Assembly: GCA_963663965.2 (NCBI GenBank)
Contig: CAXXFK010000005.1
Coordinates: 1 to 22,433 of the forward strand
Direction: 5' to 3'
Source of the DNA: Sedimentisphaerales bacterium
GTDB lineage: Bacteria > Planctomycetota > Phycisphaerae > Sedimentisphaerales > SM23-30
DNA length: 22,433 bases
The position numbers were made by a program, and so were the translations under genes. Position 1 is the stretch's first letter; each line of letters starts with the position of its first letter. The notes below the pieces were generated by a model, which had not been told where the DNA came from, did not search any database, and was given only the letters and a program-made list of their open reading frames with translations. Below, in pieces: positions 9,012-18,393 of this stretch.

Positions 9012-10187
9012 ATGTCAAATCATAACATACAGGATAATTCTGATTGTAAGAAAATAAAAGTATTGCATGTCGTAAAAACAATGGATCATGGTGGCATTGA
9101 AACGTATCTAATGTCCGTTTTACGTAATTATGATCGTGAACGATTCCAGATGGATATTATGTATACCGGCCCCAGAGAGGGTTCGTATGCGCCTGATGCG
9201 CGGACATTAGGGGCCCGACTACATGGATTGCCTTTGCATTATGATCAAATTAGATTTGTGTGGAAGTTTTATCGATTTTTACGCCGGAATCACTATGATG
9301 CCGTTAACGTTCATTTAGCCGATATCAGTGGAGGGGCTACGCTTGCCGCATGGTTTGCCGGTGTGCGATCAAGAGTCGTGAGTTATCATTCGCAATTAGA
9401 TGATATGGGATTTTTGCGAAATTTATATTTAAGAGGTATGAGAACCATCGTTCTGAAAACCAGTACATCAATAACAACTTCTTCACCCGCTGTGACTGAA
9501 TCTCATTTTTCCAGAATCAATACCAGTAATAAGCATATCGAACCAATCGCATACGGTTGTGATATAAAACGTTTTTCGACGGCGCCTGAAGCGTTATTAG
9601 ATATTGATCGCAGTAACTGGAAAGCTGATACCGTGGTGATTGGTCATATTGGTAGTTATCGCCCGCAAAAAAATCATGAGGCTTTAATTCAAATAGCGCG
9701 TAATGTATTGAACAAGGCGCCGCATACTCGTTTTGTGCTATGTGGCGCAGCCAGTTCAGGTTATGATGATTATAAAAATCGGATTGATCAAATGATCGAT
9801 TCCAGCGGATTACGTCCTTTTTTAAGTCAAGTGCAAGGATTGGATGATGTACGTAAATTGCATTACGCTTGTGATATTTTTATATTGCCTTCACGCAATG
9901 AAGGCATGCCGGTTTCTCTTATCGAGGCACAGGCCGCCGGCCGGCCGGTGGTTGCTTCCCGGATTAATGGGATAGTTCTTGCGACTGCGCCGGAGATGCA
10001 GCAAAATCTGTTTGAGATCGACGACGTGGAATCTTTTGCGAATTGTCTGGTGGATTTAATACGCAATAAAGAAAAAAGAATACAGCAGGGCATTGCCGGC
10101 CAGAAGTTTGCGCGAGAAAATCTGGATATAAAAGTCAGTGTGAATAAATATCAGTTATTATATGAACAAAAAAGCCAAGGAGTATAG
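9012..10187 (+). CDS. Glycosyltransferase family 4 (EpsF/CapH-like)
   Basis: KVLHVVKTMDHGGIETYLM, IGHIGSYRPQKNH, DIFILPSRNEGMPVSLIEAQAAG (EX7E). Confidence 0.93.
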   Translation: MSNHNIQDNSDCKKIKVLHVVKTMDHGGIETYLMSVLRNYDRERFQMDIMYTGPREGSYAPDARTLGARLHGLPLHYDQIRFVWKFYRFLRRNHYDAVNVHLADISGGATLAAWFAGVRSRVVSYHSQLDDMGFLRNLYLRGMRTIVLKTSTSITTSSPAVTESHFSRINTSNKHIEPIAYGCDIKRFSTAPEALLDIDRSNWKADTVVIGHIGSYRPQKNHEALIQIARNVLNKAPHTRFVLCGAASSGYDDYKNRIDQMIDSSGLRPFLSQVQGLDDVRKLHYACDIFILPSRNEGMPVSLIEAQAAGRPVVASRINGIVLATAPEMQQNLFEIDDVESFANCLVDLIRNKEKRIQQGIAGQKFARENLDIKVSVNKYQLLYEQKSQGV

Positions 10188-10190
10188 TAT

Positions 10191-11183
10191 ATGGACTTAA
10201 AGAATAAAAAGGTATTTGTGACTGGCGCAGGCGGATTTATTGGTTCGCATCTGGTGGAAGCGTTGTTAGAACGCGGGGCTCAAGTCAAAGCGCTGGTGCG
10301 TTATAATGGCAGGGGTGATTGGGGGATGATCAGCGATATGCCCATCGAAACGCAAAAAAGCCTGGATGTCCTGGCCGGGGATATCCGGGATCCGTTTTTG
10401 ATGAGAAGAGCAGTAGCCGGCTGTGATTGTGTGTTTCATCTGGCGGCTTTGATCGGGATCCCCTACAGTTATATCGCGCCTAACGATTATGTGGCAGTAA
10501 ATGTGCAGGGCACGGTTAATCTGTTGCAGGCATGCCGGGATGAACGCACACCGCGGATGGTTCACACCTCGACCAGTGAAACCTATGGTACCGCCATATA
10601 TGTGCCCATTGATGAGCAGCACCCACTCCAGGGACAATCACCCTATTCGGCGAGCAAGATTGGCGCCGATAAGATGGCGGAGTCTTATTTCAACAGTTTT
10701 GAATTGCCTGTCACAGTCGTTCGTCCGTTTAATACCTTTGGTCCGCGTCAGTCGGCTCGTGCTTTTATCCCGACCGTTATCAGTCAGGCTTTGACTCGCG
10801 ACAAATTGGTCATGGGGTCCTTGGAACCCGTGCGGGATATGACGTTTGTGAAAGATACCGCTGAAGGTTTTATTCAGGTTGGCTTGAGTGAAAATACAAT
10901 TGGTCAAACCGTCAATTTAGGTACCGGTCAGGGAGATACTATTGGCGATATTACCCGAACCATACTGAAGATTATTGGCAAAGAGGATATGGCCATTGAA
11001 CAGGATCCGGCCCGGATCAGGCCTGGAAAAAGCGAAGTGATGCGTTTGATCAGCGCCAATCAGAAAGCCTTGGAACTGGCCGGCTGGCAACCGCGCTTCA
11101 GTCTGGAACAAGGTCTGGCTGAAACAATCGAATGGATCAAAAAGAATATTAATCGTTTCAGACCCGATCAGTATGCCGTCTAG
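10191..11183 (+). CDS. NAD-dependent nucleotide-sugar 4,6-dehydratase, LegB-like extended SDR
   Basis: TGAGGFIGSH, GDIRDP, FHLAALIGIPYSY, HTSTSETYG, YSASK, RPFNTFGPRQSARA, RIRPGKSEV match the LegB-type subfamily. Confidence 0.88.
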   Translation: MDLKNKKVFVTGAGGFIGSHLVEALLERGAQVKALVRYNGRGDWGMISDMPIETQKSLDVLAGDIRDPFLMRRAVAGCDCVFHLAALIGIPYSYIAPNDYVAVNVQGTVNLLQACRDERTPRMVHTSTSETYGTAIYVPIDEQHPLQGQSPYSASKIGADKMAESYFNSFELPVTVVRPFNTFGPRQSARAFIPTVISQALTRDKLVMGSLEPVRDMTFVKDTAEGFIQVGLSENTIGQTVNLGTGQGDTIGDITRTILKIIGKEDMAIEQDPARIRPGKSEVMRLISANQKALELAGWQPRFSLEQGLAETIEWIKKNINRFRPDQYAV

Positions 11184-11184
11184 A

Positions 11185-11192
11185 AAGGAGGT
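11185..11192 (+). promoter_or_regulatory. Shine-Dalgarno sequence AAGGAGGT
   Basis: Consensus SD 4 nt upstream of ATG 11197, directly after the TAG of the dehydratase gene. Confidence 0.75.
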
Positions 11193-11196
11193 AATC

Positions 11197-11925
11197 ATGG
11201 AAACTAAAGATATCAGGGTTGTAATCCTTGCCGGAGGCAAAGGCACTCGACTGAAACCTTATACAACGGTGTTTCCCAAACCGCTAATGCCCATCAGCGA
11301 GATGCCGATTCTGGAAGTGGTCTTGCGCCAATTAAGTGGCATGGGTTTTAAAAAAATAACATTATCAGTAAACCATCTGGCCAACCTGATCACAGCCTTT
11401 TTTGGTGATGGCGAGCAATTGGGATTGGAGATTTCCTATTGTGTGGAAGACAAGCCCTTGGGAACGGCCGGTTCTATCGCGTTGGTGGAGGATCTGACCG
11501 ACTATTTTCTGGTCATGAATGGGGATTTGTTGACAACTCTCGATTACGGAGCGATGATCGGGGAACACATTGACAGCAAGGCCGTGGCGACCATTGGGGT
11601 ATTCCCGCGAGAAGTTAAAATTGATTTTGGTGTTCTGGATGTCAGTGCGGCGGGCGAATTGATCCAATACCGCGAAAAGCCGCGTTACGAATATCTGGTG
11701 AGTATGGGGGTCAACGCATTTCATCGATCAGCCCTGGATTTTATACCCAAAGGGGAATATCTGGACATACCAACCCTGATGATGGCGTTAAAAAATGGCG
11801 GCCGTAAGGTTATGACCTATCGTTCGCAATGCGATTGGCTGGATATCGGCCGGCCGGATGATTATGAAAACGCCATTGAGATTTTTGAAAGAGATCGTGG
11901 GCGGTATTTGAAGGAAAAGATATGA
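11197..11925 (+). CDS. Sugar-1-phosphate nucleotidyltransferase (mannose-1-P guanylyltransferase/PtmE-like, no CBS or LbH domain)
   Basis: VILAGGKGTRLKPYT..PKPL, EDKPLGTAG, VMNGDLLT, EKP, WLDIGRPDDY. Start moved from 11173 to ATG 11197 on the basis of the SD. Confidence 0.92.
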   Translation: METKDIRVVILAGGKGTRLKPYTTVFPKPLMPISEMPILEVVLRQLSGMGFKKITLSVNHLANLITAFFGDGEQLGLEISYCVEDKPLGTAGSIALVEDLTDYFLVMNGDLLTTLDYGAMIGEHIDSKAVATIGVFPREVKIDFGVLDVSAAGELIQYREKPRYEYLVSMGVNAFHRSALDFIPKGEYLDIPTLMMALKNGGRKVMTYRSQCDWLDIGRPDDYENAIEIFERDRGRYLKEKI

Positions 11926-12851
11926 GTTATCGAGTGTTAATAACCGGAGTCAACGGTTTTCTGGGCCGCCATCTGTGTCGATATCTGAAGGCACAGGAGG
12001 AGGTAGTGGAGATATGGGGGGTAGATATCGGGGGTGAAAAGGGAGATTGCTCGGAATTTTTTGCCGGTGATATTGTCGATGAAAAGATGATGGCTGGTTT
12101 GATCCGGCAAATGAATCCAACGCATATCATCCATCTGGCCGGGACTTTTGGTACAAATCTGGTCCAGGATATTTATCGCATCAATGTTCTTTCCATGAGC
12201 GCATTGCTGGAAGCGGTTAAAAATTATGGCCAGGGTGTGGTGATTGTTGCGACGGGTTCTGCGGCAGAATATGGTTTCGTTACTTCCGATAATTTGCCAG
12301 TACAGGAAAATACCCCCTGTTTACCTGCGATGCCCTACGGAATCAGCAAATTGCTGGCAACTCAACTGGCATTGCACTATCAGCGATTATACAATGTTAA
12401 TATTACTTTAGTCCGTCCTTTCCAGTTAATTGGTCCGGGAATTTCAGAACGGCTGGCTCCCGGAGCCTTTGCCAGCCAGATCAAGCAGGTTATAAAAAAT
12501 GGTTCTGGAGAGGTTAAGGTTGGTAATCTCCAAAGTAGCCGTGATTTTCTGGATGTTGTGGATGCGGTTCATGCCTTATGGGTGTTGTGTCAAAAACCAG
12601 CTCCAGGTGAGATATTTAATTTGTGTTCCGGTTACCCGACAAAAATGTTTGATTTGCTGCATAGTATGATAGCCGCATCAGGTCGGGATCTTGAGGTAAC
12701 GGTTGATACTAATCGGTTGCGTCCGGAATCGGATGTATCTATCATTTATGGTAGCTATCAGAAGCTTAAAAACCACTGTGGGTGGCGGCCCAATGTTGAA
12801 CTGAAAGATAGTGTCTGCCATCTGCTTGGTAATAATATTTACACAGAATAA
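11922..12851 (+). CDS. Extended SDR, NDP-4-keto-6-deoxyhexose 4-reductase (Rmd-like)
   Basis: TGVNGFLG, HLAG, GSAAEYG, YGISK, RPFQLIGPG, FASQI, VGNLQSSRDFLDV, RLRP resemble GDP-4-keto-6-deoxy-mannose reductases. ATGA overlap with the upstream gene. Confidence 0.8.
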   Translation: MSYRVLITGVNGFLGRHLCRYLKAQEEVVEIWGVDIGGEKGDCSEFFAGDIVDEKMMAGLIRQMNPTHIIHLAGTFGTNLVQDIYRINVLSMSALLEAVKNYGQGVVIVATGSAAEYGFVTSDNLPVQENTPCLPAMPYGISKLLATQLALHYQRLYNVNITLVRPFQLIGPGISERLAPGAFASQIKQVIKNGSGEVKVGNLQSSRDFLDVVDAVHALWVLCQKPAPGEIFNLCSGYPTKMFDLLHSMIAASGRDLEVTVDTNRLRPESDVSIIYGSYQKLKNHCGWRPNVELKDSVCHLLGNNIYTE

Positions 12852-12863
12852 ATCCTATAAATA

Positions 12864-13457
12864 ATGATCGAAATCCGCAAAATGAAACATACTGATTGTG
12901 CTTCAGTAGCTCAAATGCACCGCAAGGCAATACCTACAAGTTTTTTGAGTTCATTAGGGCAATCGTTCTTGCATAATTTATATAATGCTATCTTAGCCGA
13001 TAAGGGCAGTTTTGGATATGTAGCTCATGAGGATGATCAGGTTGTGGGTTTCATTACATTTACTGAGAATCTCGATAGTTTACTGAAAACCGCCATGAAG
13101 GCCAATCCGCTAATTAATCTTTGGGTATTAATCCGAAAGATTTTTGACATAAGAGCAGTTAAAAGGATCTTTCAGAATCTACTCTATCCATCAAAAATGA
13201 AAGGAATGAAATTGCCAGGTTCTGAATTATTATCGATTGCTGTATCCGACTCCTGTCGAGGTCAGGGGGTGGCTCGAAAATTGATGAATGAAGGTTTAGT
13301 GGAATGTAAGCGAAGAGGTATTTGTCAATTGAAGGTGTTAGTGGGAAGCGAATTGGATGCAGCCAATGCATTGTATATGAATTTTGGTTTTGAAAAATTA
13401 TATACGATTGAAAGACATGGCAGTCAGAGTAATATTTATGTAAAGCAAATAATTTAA
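12864..13457 (+). CDS. GNAT-family N-acetyltransferase
   Basis: LLSIAVSDSCRGQGVARKLM (acetyl-CoA motif A), AANALYMNFGF (motif B), N-terminal FLSSLGQSFL..LY. Confidence 0.9.
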   Translation: MIEIRKMKHTDCASVAQMHRKAIPTSFLSSLGQSFLHNLYNAILADKGSFGYVAHEDDQVVGFITFTENLDSLLKTAMKANPLINLWVLIRKIFDIRAVKRIFQNLLYPSKMKGMKLPGSELLSIAVSDSCRGQGVARKLMNEGLVECKRRGICQLKVLVGSELDAANALYMNFGFEKLYTIERHGSQSNIYVKQII

Positions 13458-13473
13458 TTTGTCAGAAATTATT

Positions 13474-13502
13474 TTGTTCTGAATATTTTGATTTCATATA
13501 AT
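13474..13502 (+). promoter_or_regulatory. Possible internal sigma70-type promoter
   Basis: TTGTTC (13474-13479), 17-bp spacer, TATAAT (13497-13502) in the 61-bp AT-rich gap before module 1. The -35 matches consensus at only 3/6 and the AT-rich context makes a chance match likely. Confidence 0.25.
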
Positions 13503-13518
13503 GTAAATAAGGTAATTA

Positions 13519-14748
13519 ATGTCACGGAACAATAGAATTATATTTAGCTTGGATACAAGGTTTTATGAATATCAAGGTGAGTTATATTCAGAAAAGACCG
13601 GGTATGATAATTATTGGGATCGATATTTGGAGCATTTCGATGAAATTTATATTTTAGCAAGGGTAAAAAGAACTGACGATTTGCCCAATGGATTAATACG
13701 TTCCACGGGTCCCAGAGTCAGATATTATTCTCTTCCTTTTTATTCCGGACCGGTTCAATATTTTAAGGTACAAAGTGAAATAAAGCGAGATATAAGGAAG
13801 GTTGTTGCGGAGCATCAATGTTTTATTTTAAGAGGTCCTGCCCAAATCTCAACTCTGGTATTTGAAGAGGTTAAAAAACAAAACAAAGAATTTGTTTTAG
13901 AGATTGGAGGTGATCCATGGGAAGTTATGAAATATTTAAATATCCCTGAGCCCATTAAATCTGTAAATCGTTATCTATTTACAAGAAATCTTAAATTAAT
14001 GGCTCAAAAAGCAATTGGAGTATTTTATGTCACTCAGACTGCATTGCAACGTCGATATCCAGCTTCTCCATCGGCAATCTGTGGTGCGGTATCAGATGTC
14101 TTTTTGCCCGATGATCGAATTGTTTCCGAGGTAAAAAGCCGATTAGAAAATATTGATAAAATAGCAACTAATTTGATGGATTTTTCGACTGCTCCAATAA
14201 GACTGGGCTCGATTGGTTGGCTCTATTCTGTCAAGTCGCCAATTGAAGTAGCCAAGGCAGTTAATATTTGCATAAAAAGGGGATATAATCTTGAAATGCA
14301 TTATGTAGGGGGGGGGCCATTAGAAAATCAATTATTTGGTTTTGCGAAAAAGGAAGGGATACAGGACAGAATTGTCAGCCATGGAAAAATGGCTAGTGGT
14401 GATGAAATATTTGCTTTTCTGGATTCGCTTGACTTATATATTCAATTTTCGAAGTCAGAAGGATTACCGAGGTCTCTCGTCGAGGCGTTAAGCCGAGGAT
14501 GCCCCTGTATCGCATCTCGAGTCGGGGGAATTCCTGAATTATTGCCTGATGAATTATTGGTAGATCATCATAAGATTGGAGAATTGGCCAATTTGATAAT
14601 GAAAGTATTAAATGATCAAGATGTCTTGAAAAAAGCTGTTTTGGACAATATGCATAAGGCTTTAGAATTCAGAGCATCCGTATTGACAAAAAAACGTTCA
14701 GATTTTTATCGAAAAATATATCATTATTATTCTGATAAACGGTTTTAA
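13519..14748 (+). CDS. Glycosyltransferase family 4 (type A, copy 1)
   Basis: YWDRYLEHFDEI, EIGGDPW, YVTQTALQRRYP, KSP, FSKSEGLPRSLVEALSRGCPCI. Paralogue of 16608 and 19587. Confidence 0.92.
   Translation: MSRNNRIIFSLDTRFYEYQGELYSEKTGYDNYWDRYLEHFDEIYILARVKRTDDLPNGLIRSTGPRVRYYSLPFYSGPVQYFKVQSEIKRDIRKVVAEHQCFILRGPAQISTLVFEEVKKQNKEFVLEIGGDPWEVMKYLNIPEPIKSVNRYLFTRNLKLMAQKAIGVFYVTQTALQRRYPASPSAICGAVSDVFLPDDRIVSEVKSRLENIDKIATNLMDFSTAPIRLGSIGWLYSVKSPIEVAKAVNICIKRGYNLEMHYVGGGPLENQLFGFAKKEGIQDRIVSHGKMASGDEIFAFLDSLDLYIQFSKSEGLPRSLVEALSRGCPCIASRVGGIPELLPDELLVDHHKIGELANLIMKVLNDQDVLKKAVLDNMHKALEFRASVLTKKRSDFYRKIYHYYSDKRF
14308..14316 (+). repeat. In-frame G9 homopolymer
   Basis: GTA GGG GGG GGG CCA (VGGGP) inside an AT-rich GT4 gene. 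Confidence 0.9.
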
Positions 14749-14749
14749 G

Positions 14750-15328
14750 ATGGTACGCAATTCGCAAACTAAAATCGTCCGGCAATTATTGAAATTCCAG
14801 CGGATAGCAACTTCTCTATGGCGTATTACGCCCAAATGGTTATCTCGAAGTTGCCTGAGGTGCTTTCGATATGGTGAAAGCGCATTTAGTTTTGGAATAC
14901 GATATTTGGCTGTGAACAGGTTGGCAAAATCATGTGGCGCCAAAGTTATCATATTCCCGGGAGTTTATTTCAAGCATATTGATAAATTATGTCTTGGCAC
15001 GAACATTTCTATTCATGAATTTTGTTATATCGATGCTTACGGAGAAATTGAAATTGGCGATAATGTAGCGATTGCTCATAATTGTTCAATTTTAAGTTCT
15101 GATCACCAGGTAGATGATATTCAAGTATGTGTAAAAGACGCTCCGGCAATAGCGGCAAAAGTTACTATTGCATCAGATGTCTGGATAGGCTGTGGTGTTA
15201 GAATTTTAAAGGGTGTATCTATCGGTGACGGAGTGGTTATTGGCGCTGGTTCGGTCGTTACTAAAGATATTGAATCCTGGACCATCGCTGTAGGTGTTCC
15301 AGCTAAAACAGTACGTAACAGGTCGTAA
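14750..15328 (+). CDS. Left-handed beta-helix (hexapeptide repeat) O-acyltransferase, copy 1
   Basis: IEIGDNVAIA..SSDH, VTIASDVWIGCGVRILKGVSIGDGVVIGAGSVVTKD...GVPAK. Confidence 0.92.
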   Translation: MVRNSQTKIVRQLLKFQRIATSLWRITPKWLSRSCLRCFRYGESAFSFGIRYLAVNRLAKSCGAKVIIFPGVYFKHIDKLCLGTNISIHEFCYIDAYGEIEIGDNVAIAHNCSILSSDHQVDDIQVCVKDAPAIAAKVTIASDVWIGCGVRILKGVSIGDGVVIGAGSVVTKDIESWTIAVGVPAKTVRNRS

Positions 15329-15411
15329 TAGTACTATCCAACAAATATTTTCTATATTATAGGATATGTTAAAAAACAGACTTATTCGTTTGTAAATATT
15401 TATTAGAGACT

Positions 15412-16611
15412 ATGTCAGAAAGAAAAAAGAGACTCTGTGTTATTATTGGTCCAGCACTATCATTGTTATTATTGCGTAAGCAATGGTTGTATTGGATAGA
15501 AAACGGGTGGGAAGTTGATTGCATTGCCGGTCCAGGTGAAGTAGAGCATGGACGAGTAAGGGCAATGGGAGTTCGTTCTTTTCCAATTCCCATTGAACGT
15601 CAACCCAGCCCACTAAAAGATATCATGTCCCTTATTAGGATCTGGTGGGTCCTGCTAAAAAATCGTTATGACATTTTGCATATTTCTACTCCCAAGGCGG
15701 CTTTACTGGGTGCTATTGCCGGCAGGTTAAGTTTTCATCGGCATTTATATTATTTAGTACGTGGACGGGCTTATGAGGATATGGTCGGACTTAAAAGACG
15801 CCTTATGAATCTATGCGAATGGCTGACCTGTCGATTGTCATCAGTTGTTGTTCCGGTCAGTCGTGAATTGGGGCAGTTCTTAGTGTCCGATAGGGCTTGT
15901 TCCAATAAAAAGCTCCGATATATTGGTATCGGTTCAAGTGCCGGGGTCGATCTGGAACGATTTACCAGGACGCCAGAACTCGTAAAAACGGGAAGTGAAT
16001 TGCGTCATGATTTGGAGATTCAACCTGATGATATTGTTATAATGTTTGTCGGACGGTTAAGGAGAGATAAGGGAGTCAATGAACTGCTTTATGTCTATAA
16101 CAGGCTTGCAGATAAATATGATCATATACATTTAGTCTTAGTGGGTAGTTTTGAAAAACAAGATGCCCTTCAGGTAGAATCCCAAAGAATTTTAAAAGAA
16201 TGTGACAGAATCCATCATGTTGAATGGTGTGAAAATCCTGCGCCTTATTATGCGCTTTCGAATATTGTTGTATTACCCAGTTATCGTGAAGGATTCCCGA
16301 ATGTACCTTTAGAGGCAGCGGCAATGTCATTACCGGTTATTACGAATGATGTGATTGGATGTCGCGAATCAATCATTCATGAGCAAACTGGTATACTCGT
16401 TCCTAAGGAAGATCGTTCTGCGTTGGAAAATGCATTAGAGCGATTGATTAACGATGAAAAATTGCGCATAGAAATGGGGAAAACCGGAAGAAGGCGTATA
16501 GAAGAATCATTTCGGCAAGATATTCTTTTCCAAGGAACTTTAGGGATATTTGATAGTATGTTATCGAAAGCAGTAAAGCCGACGATTAGCACAGATGAAC
16601 AGATAAAATGA
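15412..16611 (+). CDS. Glycosyltransferase family 4, CapM-like (type B, copy 1)
   Basis: IERQPSPLKD, HISTPKAALLG, GSSAGVDLERF, FVGRLRRDKGVNEL, LPSYREGFPNVPLEAAAM, GCRESI. Confidence 0.93.
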   Translation: MSERKKRLCVIIGPALSLLLLRKQWLYWIENGWEVDCIAGPGEVEHGRVRAMGVRSFPIPIERQPSPLKDIMSLIRIWWVLLKNRYDILHISTPKAALLGAIAGRLSFHRHLYYLVRGRAYEDMVGLKRRLMNLCEWLTCRLSSVVVPVSRELGQFLVSDRACSNKKLRYIGIGSSAGVDLERFTRTPELVKTGSELRHDLEIQPDDIVIMFVGRLRRDKGVNELLYVYNRLADKYDHIHLVLVGSFEKQDALQVESQRILKECDRIHHVEWCENPAPYYALSNIVVLPSYREGFPNVPLEAAAMSLPVITNDVIGCRESIIHEQTGILVPKEDRSALENALERLINDEKLRIEMGKTGRRRIEESFRQDILFQGTLGIFDSMLSKAVKPTISTDEQIK

Positions 16612-17825
16612 AGGTAATCGTTTCATTACTTCACCATTTTCGTAAGACACCGGATGGGATCGTTTATCCTTACTCGGTATTTGATTATCCATTCTGGCAG
16701 CGGTATCTGGAGGTGTTTGATGAGGTGAAGGTGTTTGCCCGGGTAGAGAGTGTTGAAAGGATGGAGGGAGATAAAGTACCAGCTCAGTCCAGTGGGCCGG
16801 GTGTAACATTTTGTGAATTACCGGAATTCCTGGGCGCCAGACAGTATCTGAAAAAATATTTTAAGATCAAGGCCTTTGCCCGGCAAGTGCTGAGTGGTCA
16901 GGATGCTGTGGTTTTGCGAGTGCCGGGGTATATGAGTACCATGTTATGGAAAATGTTGAGGCGAGAGGGGCGTCCGTATGCGGTGGAAGTGGTGGGTGAT
17001 CCGTGGCAGGCGCTGGCGCCGGGGGCGCATCAGAGTGTCTTGCGGCCGTTCTTACGCCGGCAGTTTTGTCGTCAGCTTAAAAAAGAATGTCAATATGCGA
17101 CGGTTGCCGCTTATGTGACTAAACAAGAATTGCAAAAGCGTTATCCGCCAGGTGGATGGACTACCCATTATTCCAGTATCGAATTGCCCGCTGATTTCAT
17201 TATCAGTGAAACGCAGGTTCAAGAACGCCTGGTTCGCCTTGAACACAAGGCGCACACTAAAGGTCCGTGGCGGTTATGTCTGGTGGGTAGTTTGTGGCAC
17301 TTGATGAAATCACCGGATGTGGCGATCGATGCGGTCGCGTTGTGTGTTCAACAAGGCTATGATATCAATTTGACTATTGTGGGAGATGGCAGTTTAAGGG
17401 GGCAACTTGAGCAGCAGGCATCTCAGTTGGGCTTGAAACGACGGATTGAATTTACCGGACAACTTCCTCCCGGCCGGGCTATTAATGATCAACTGGACCG
17501 GGCTGATGTGTTTATTTTGCCTTCGCGTTCAGAAGGACTGCCTCGTTCGATTATCGAAGCGTTTGCCCGGGGTTTGCCCTGTATTGGAGGATATGAAGGC
17601 GGATTTCCAGAACTTTTAGAAGAAAAATATTTGGTTCGGCCTGTCAACAAGGAAACGCTTGCCAAAACGATCATGAGAGTCATTGATGATCAAGAAGGCA
17701 TGAAGCTGGCAGTGAGAAGAAATATTACCAAAGCCGGCGAGTATGAATCGGCAGTGTTGCAAAAACGTCGTGTTGAACTTTATACCCGTCTTAAACAAGA
17801 AACTGAACGATATTTTTCCAGATAA
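16608..17825 (+). CDS. Glycosyltransferase family 4 (type A, copy 2)
   Basis: FWQRYLEVFDEV, RPYAVEVVGDPW, YVTKQELQKRYPP, LPSRSEGLPRSIIEAFARGLPCIG. ATGA overlap with the upstream gene. Confidence 0.93.
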   Translation: MKVIVSLLHHFRKTPDGIVYPYSVFDYPFWQRYLEVFDEVKVFARVESVERMEGDKVPAQSSGPGVTFCELPEFLGARQYLKKYFKIKAFARQVLSGQDAVVLRVPGYMSTMLWKMLRREGRPYAVEVVGDPWQALAPGAHQSVLRPFLRRQFCRQLKKECQYATVAAYVTKQELQKRYPPGGWTTHYSSIELPADFIISETQVQERLVRLEHKAHTKGPWRLCLVGSLWHLMKSPDVAIDAVALCVQQGYDINLTIVGDGSLRGQLEQQASQLGLKRRIEFTGQLPPGRAINDQLDRADVFILPSRSEGLPRSIIEAFARGLPCIGGYEGGFPELLEEKYLVRPVNKETLAKTIMRVIDDQEGMKLAVRRNITKAGEYESAVLQKRRVELYTRLKQETERYFSR

Positions 17826-17829
17826 GCTT

Positions 17830-18393
17830 ATGAGAATATTAAAGGCTTTAGCAACCTATTTACGATATGATCTGCCGTTATGGCTTGCAGGAATTTTTAC
17901 GGCCTGGATGCCTGAATTCGGACCGGTTCCGGAAATTCGCGGGATGCTGATGCGGCTGTTTATCAAGAAATGTGGCCGAAAATTTGCCGTAGGCAAAGGG
18001 GTAACTATTTTGTCACCGGACCGATTGCAGGTTGGTGATGACGTCTATCTGGCCCGGGGAACCTGGGTTAACGCTTTTGGTGGACTGATCTTGGAAGATG
18101 AAATAATGACAGGCCCCTATGTCGTCATCTCTACCAGCAATCATGGGTTCAAGGATGGTTCTGTACGGCATGGCGGGACCCATCCTGCTCCGGTACAGAT
18201 TGGTAAAGGGAGTTGGATTGGCGCTCATGCGGTGGTAACCGCCGGAGTGACAATAGGCAAAGGAGTTGTCGTGGCAGCTAATGCTGTGGTAACAAAAGAT
18301 ATCGAAGACAATATGATCGCGGGAGGAATACCGGCAAAGCCAATTAAAGAACGAATCGATAATCCGGGCAATGTCAAATCGCGACATGAGTAA
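17830..18393 (+). CDS. Left-handed beta-helix O-acyltransferase, copy 2
   Basis: KKCGRK...LQVGDDVYL...STSNH, PVQIGKGSWIGAHAVVTAGVTIGKGVVVAANAVVTKD...GGIPAK. Start set at ATG 17830, just after the upstream stop, rather than 17743, which overlaps the upstream gene by 83 bp. Confidence 0.9.
   Translation: MRILKALATYLRYDLPLWLAGIFTAWMPEFGPVPEIRGMLMRLFIKKCGRKFAVGKGVTILSPDRLQVGDDVYLARGTWVNAFGGLILEDEIMTGPYVVISTSNHGFKDGSVRHGGTHPAPVQIGKGSWIGAHAVVTAGVTIGKGVVVAANAVVTKDIEDNMIAGGIPAKPIKERIDNPGNVKSRHE

Noticed and set aside
10191..11925. Calling a legionaminic acid pathway (legB/ptmE symbols)
   Set aside because: The aminotransferase, hydrolysing epimerase, synthase and CMP-transferase are absent from the window, so substrate and symbol are unsupported.
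13447..13482. Short inverted repeats after the GNAT gene as a terminator
   Set aside because: Stems are 6-9 bp and almost all A/T, with no GC-rich stem plus U-tract.
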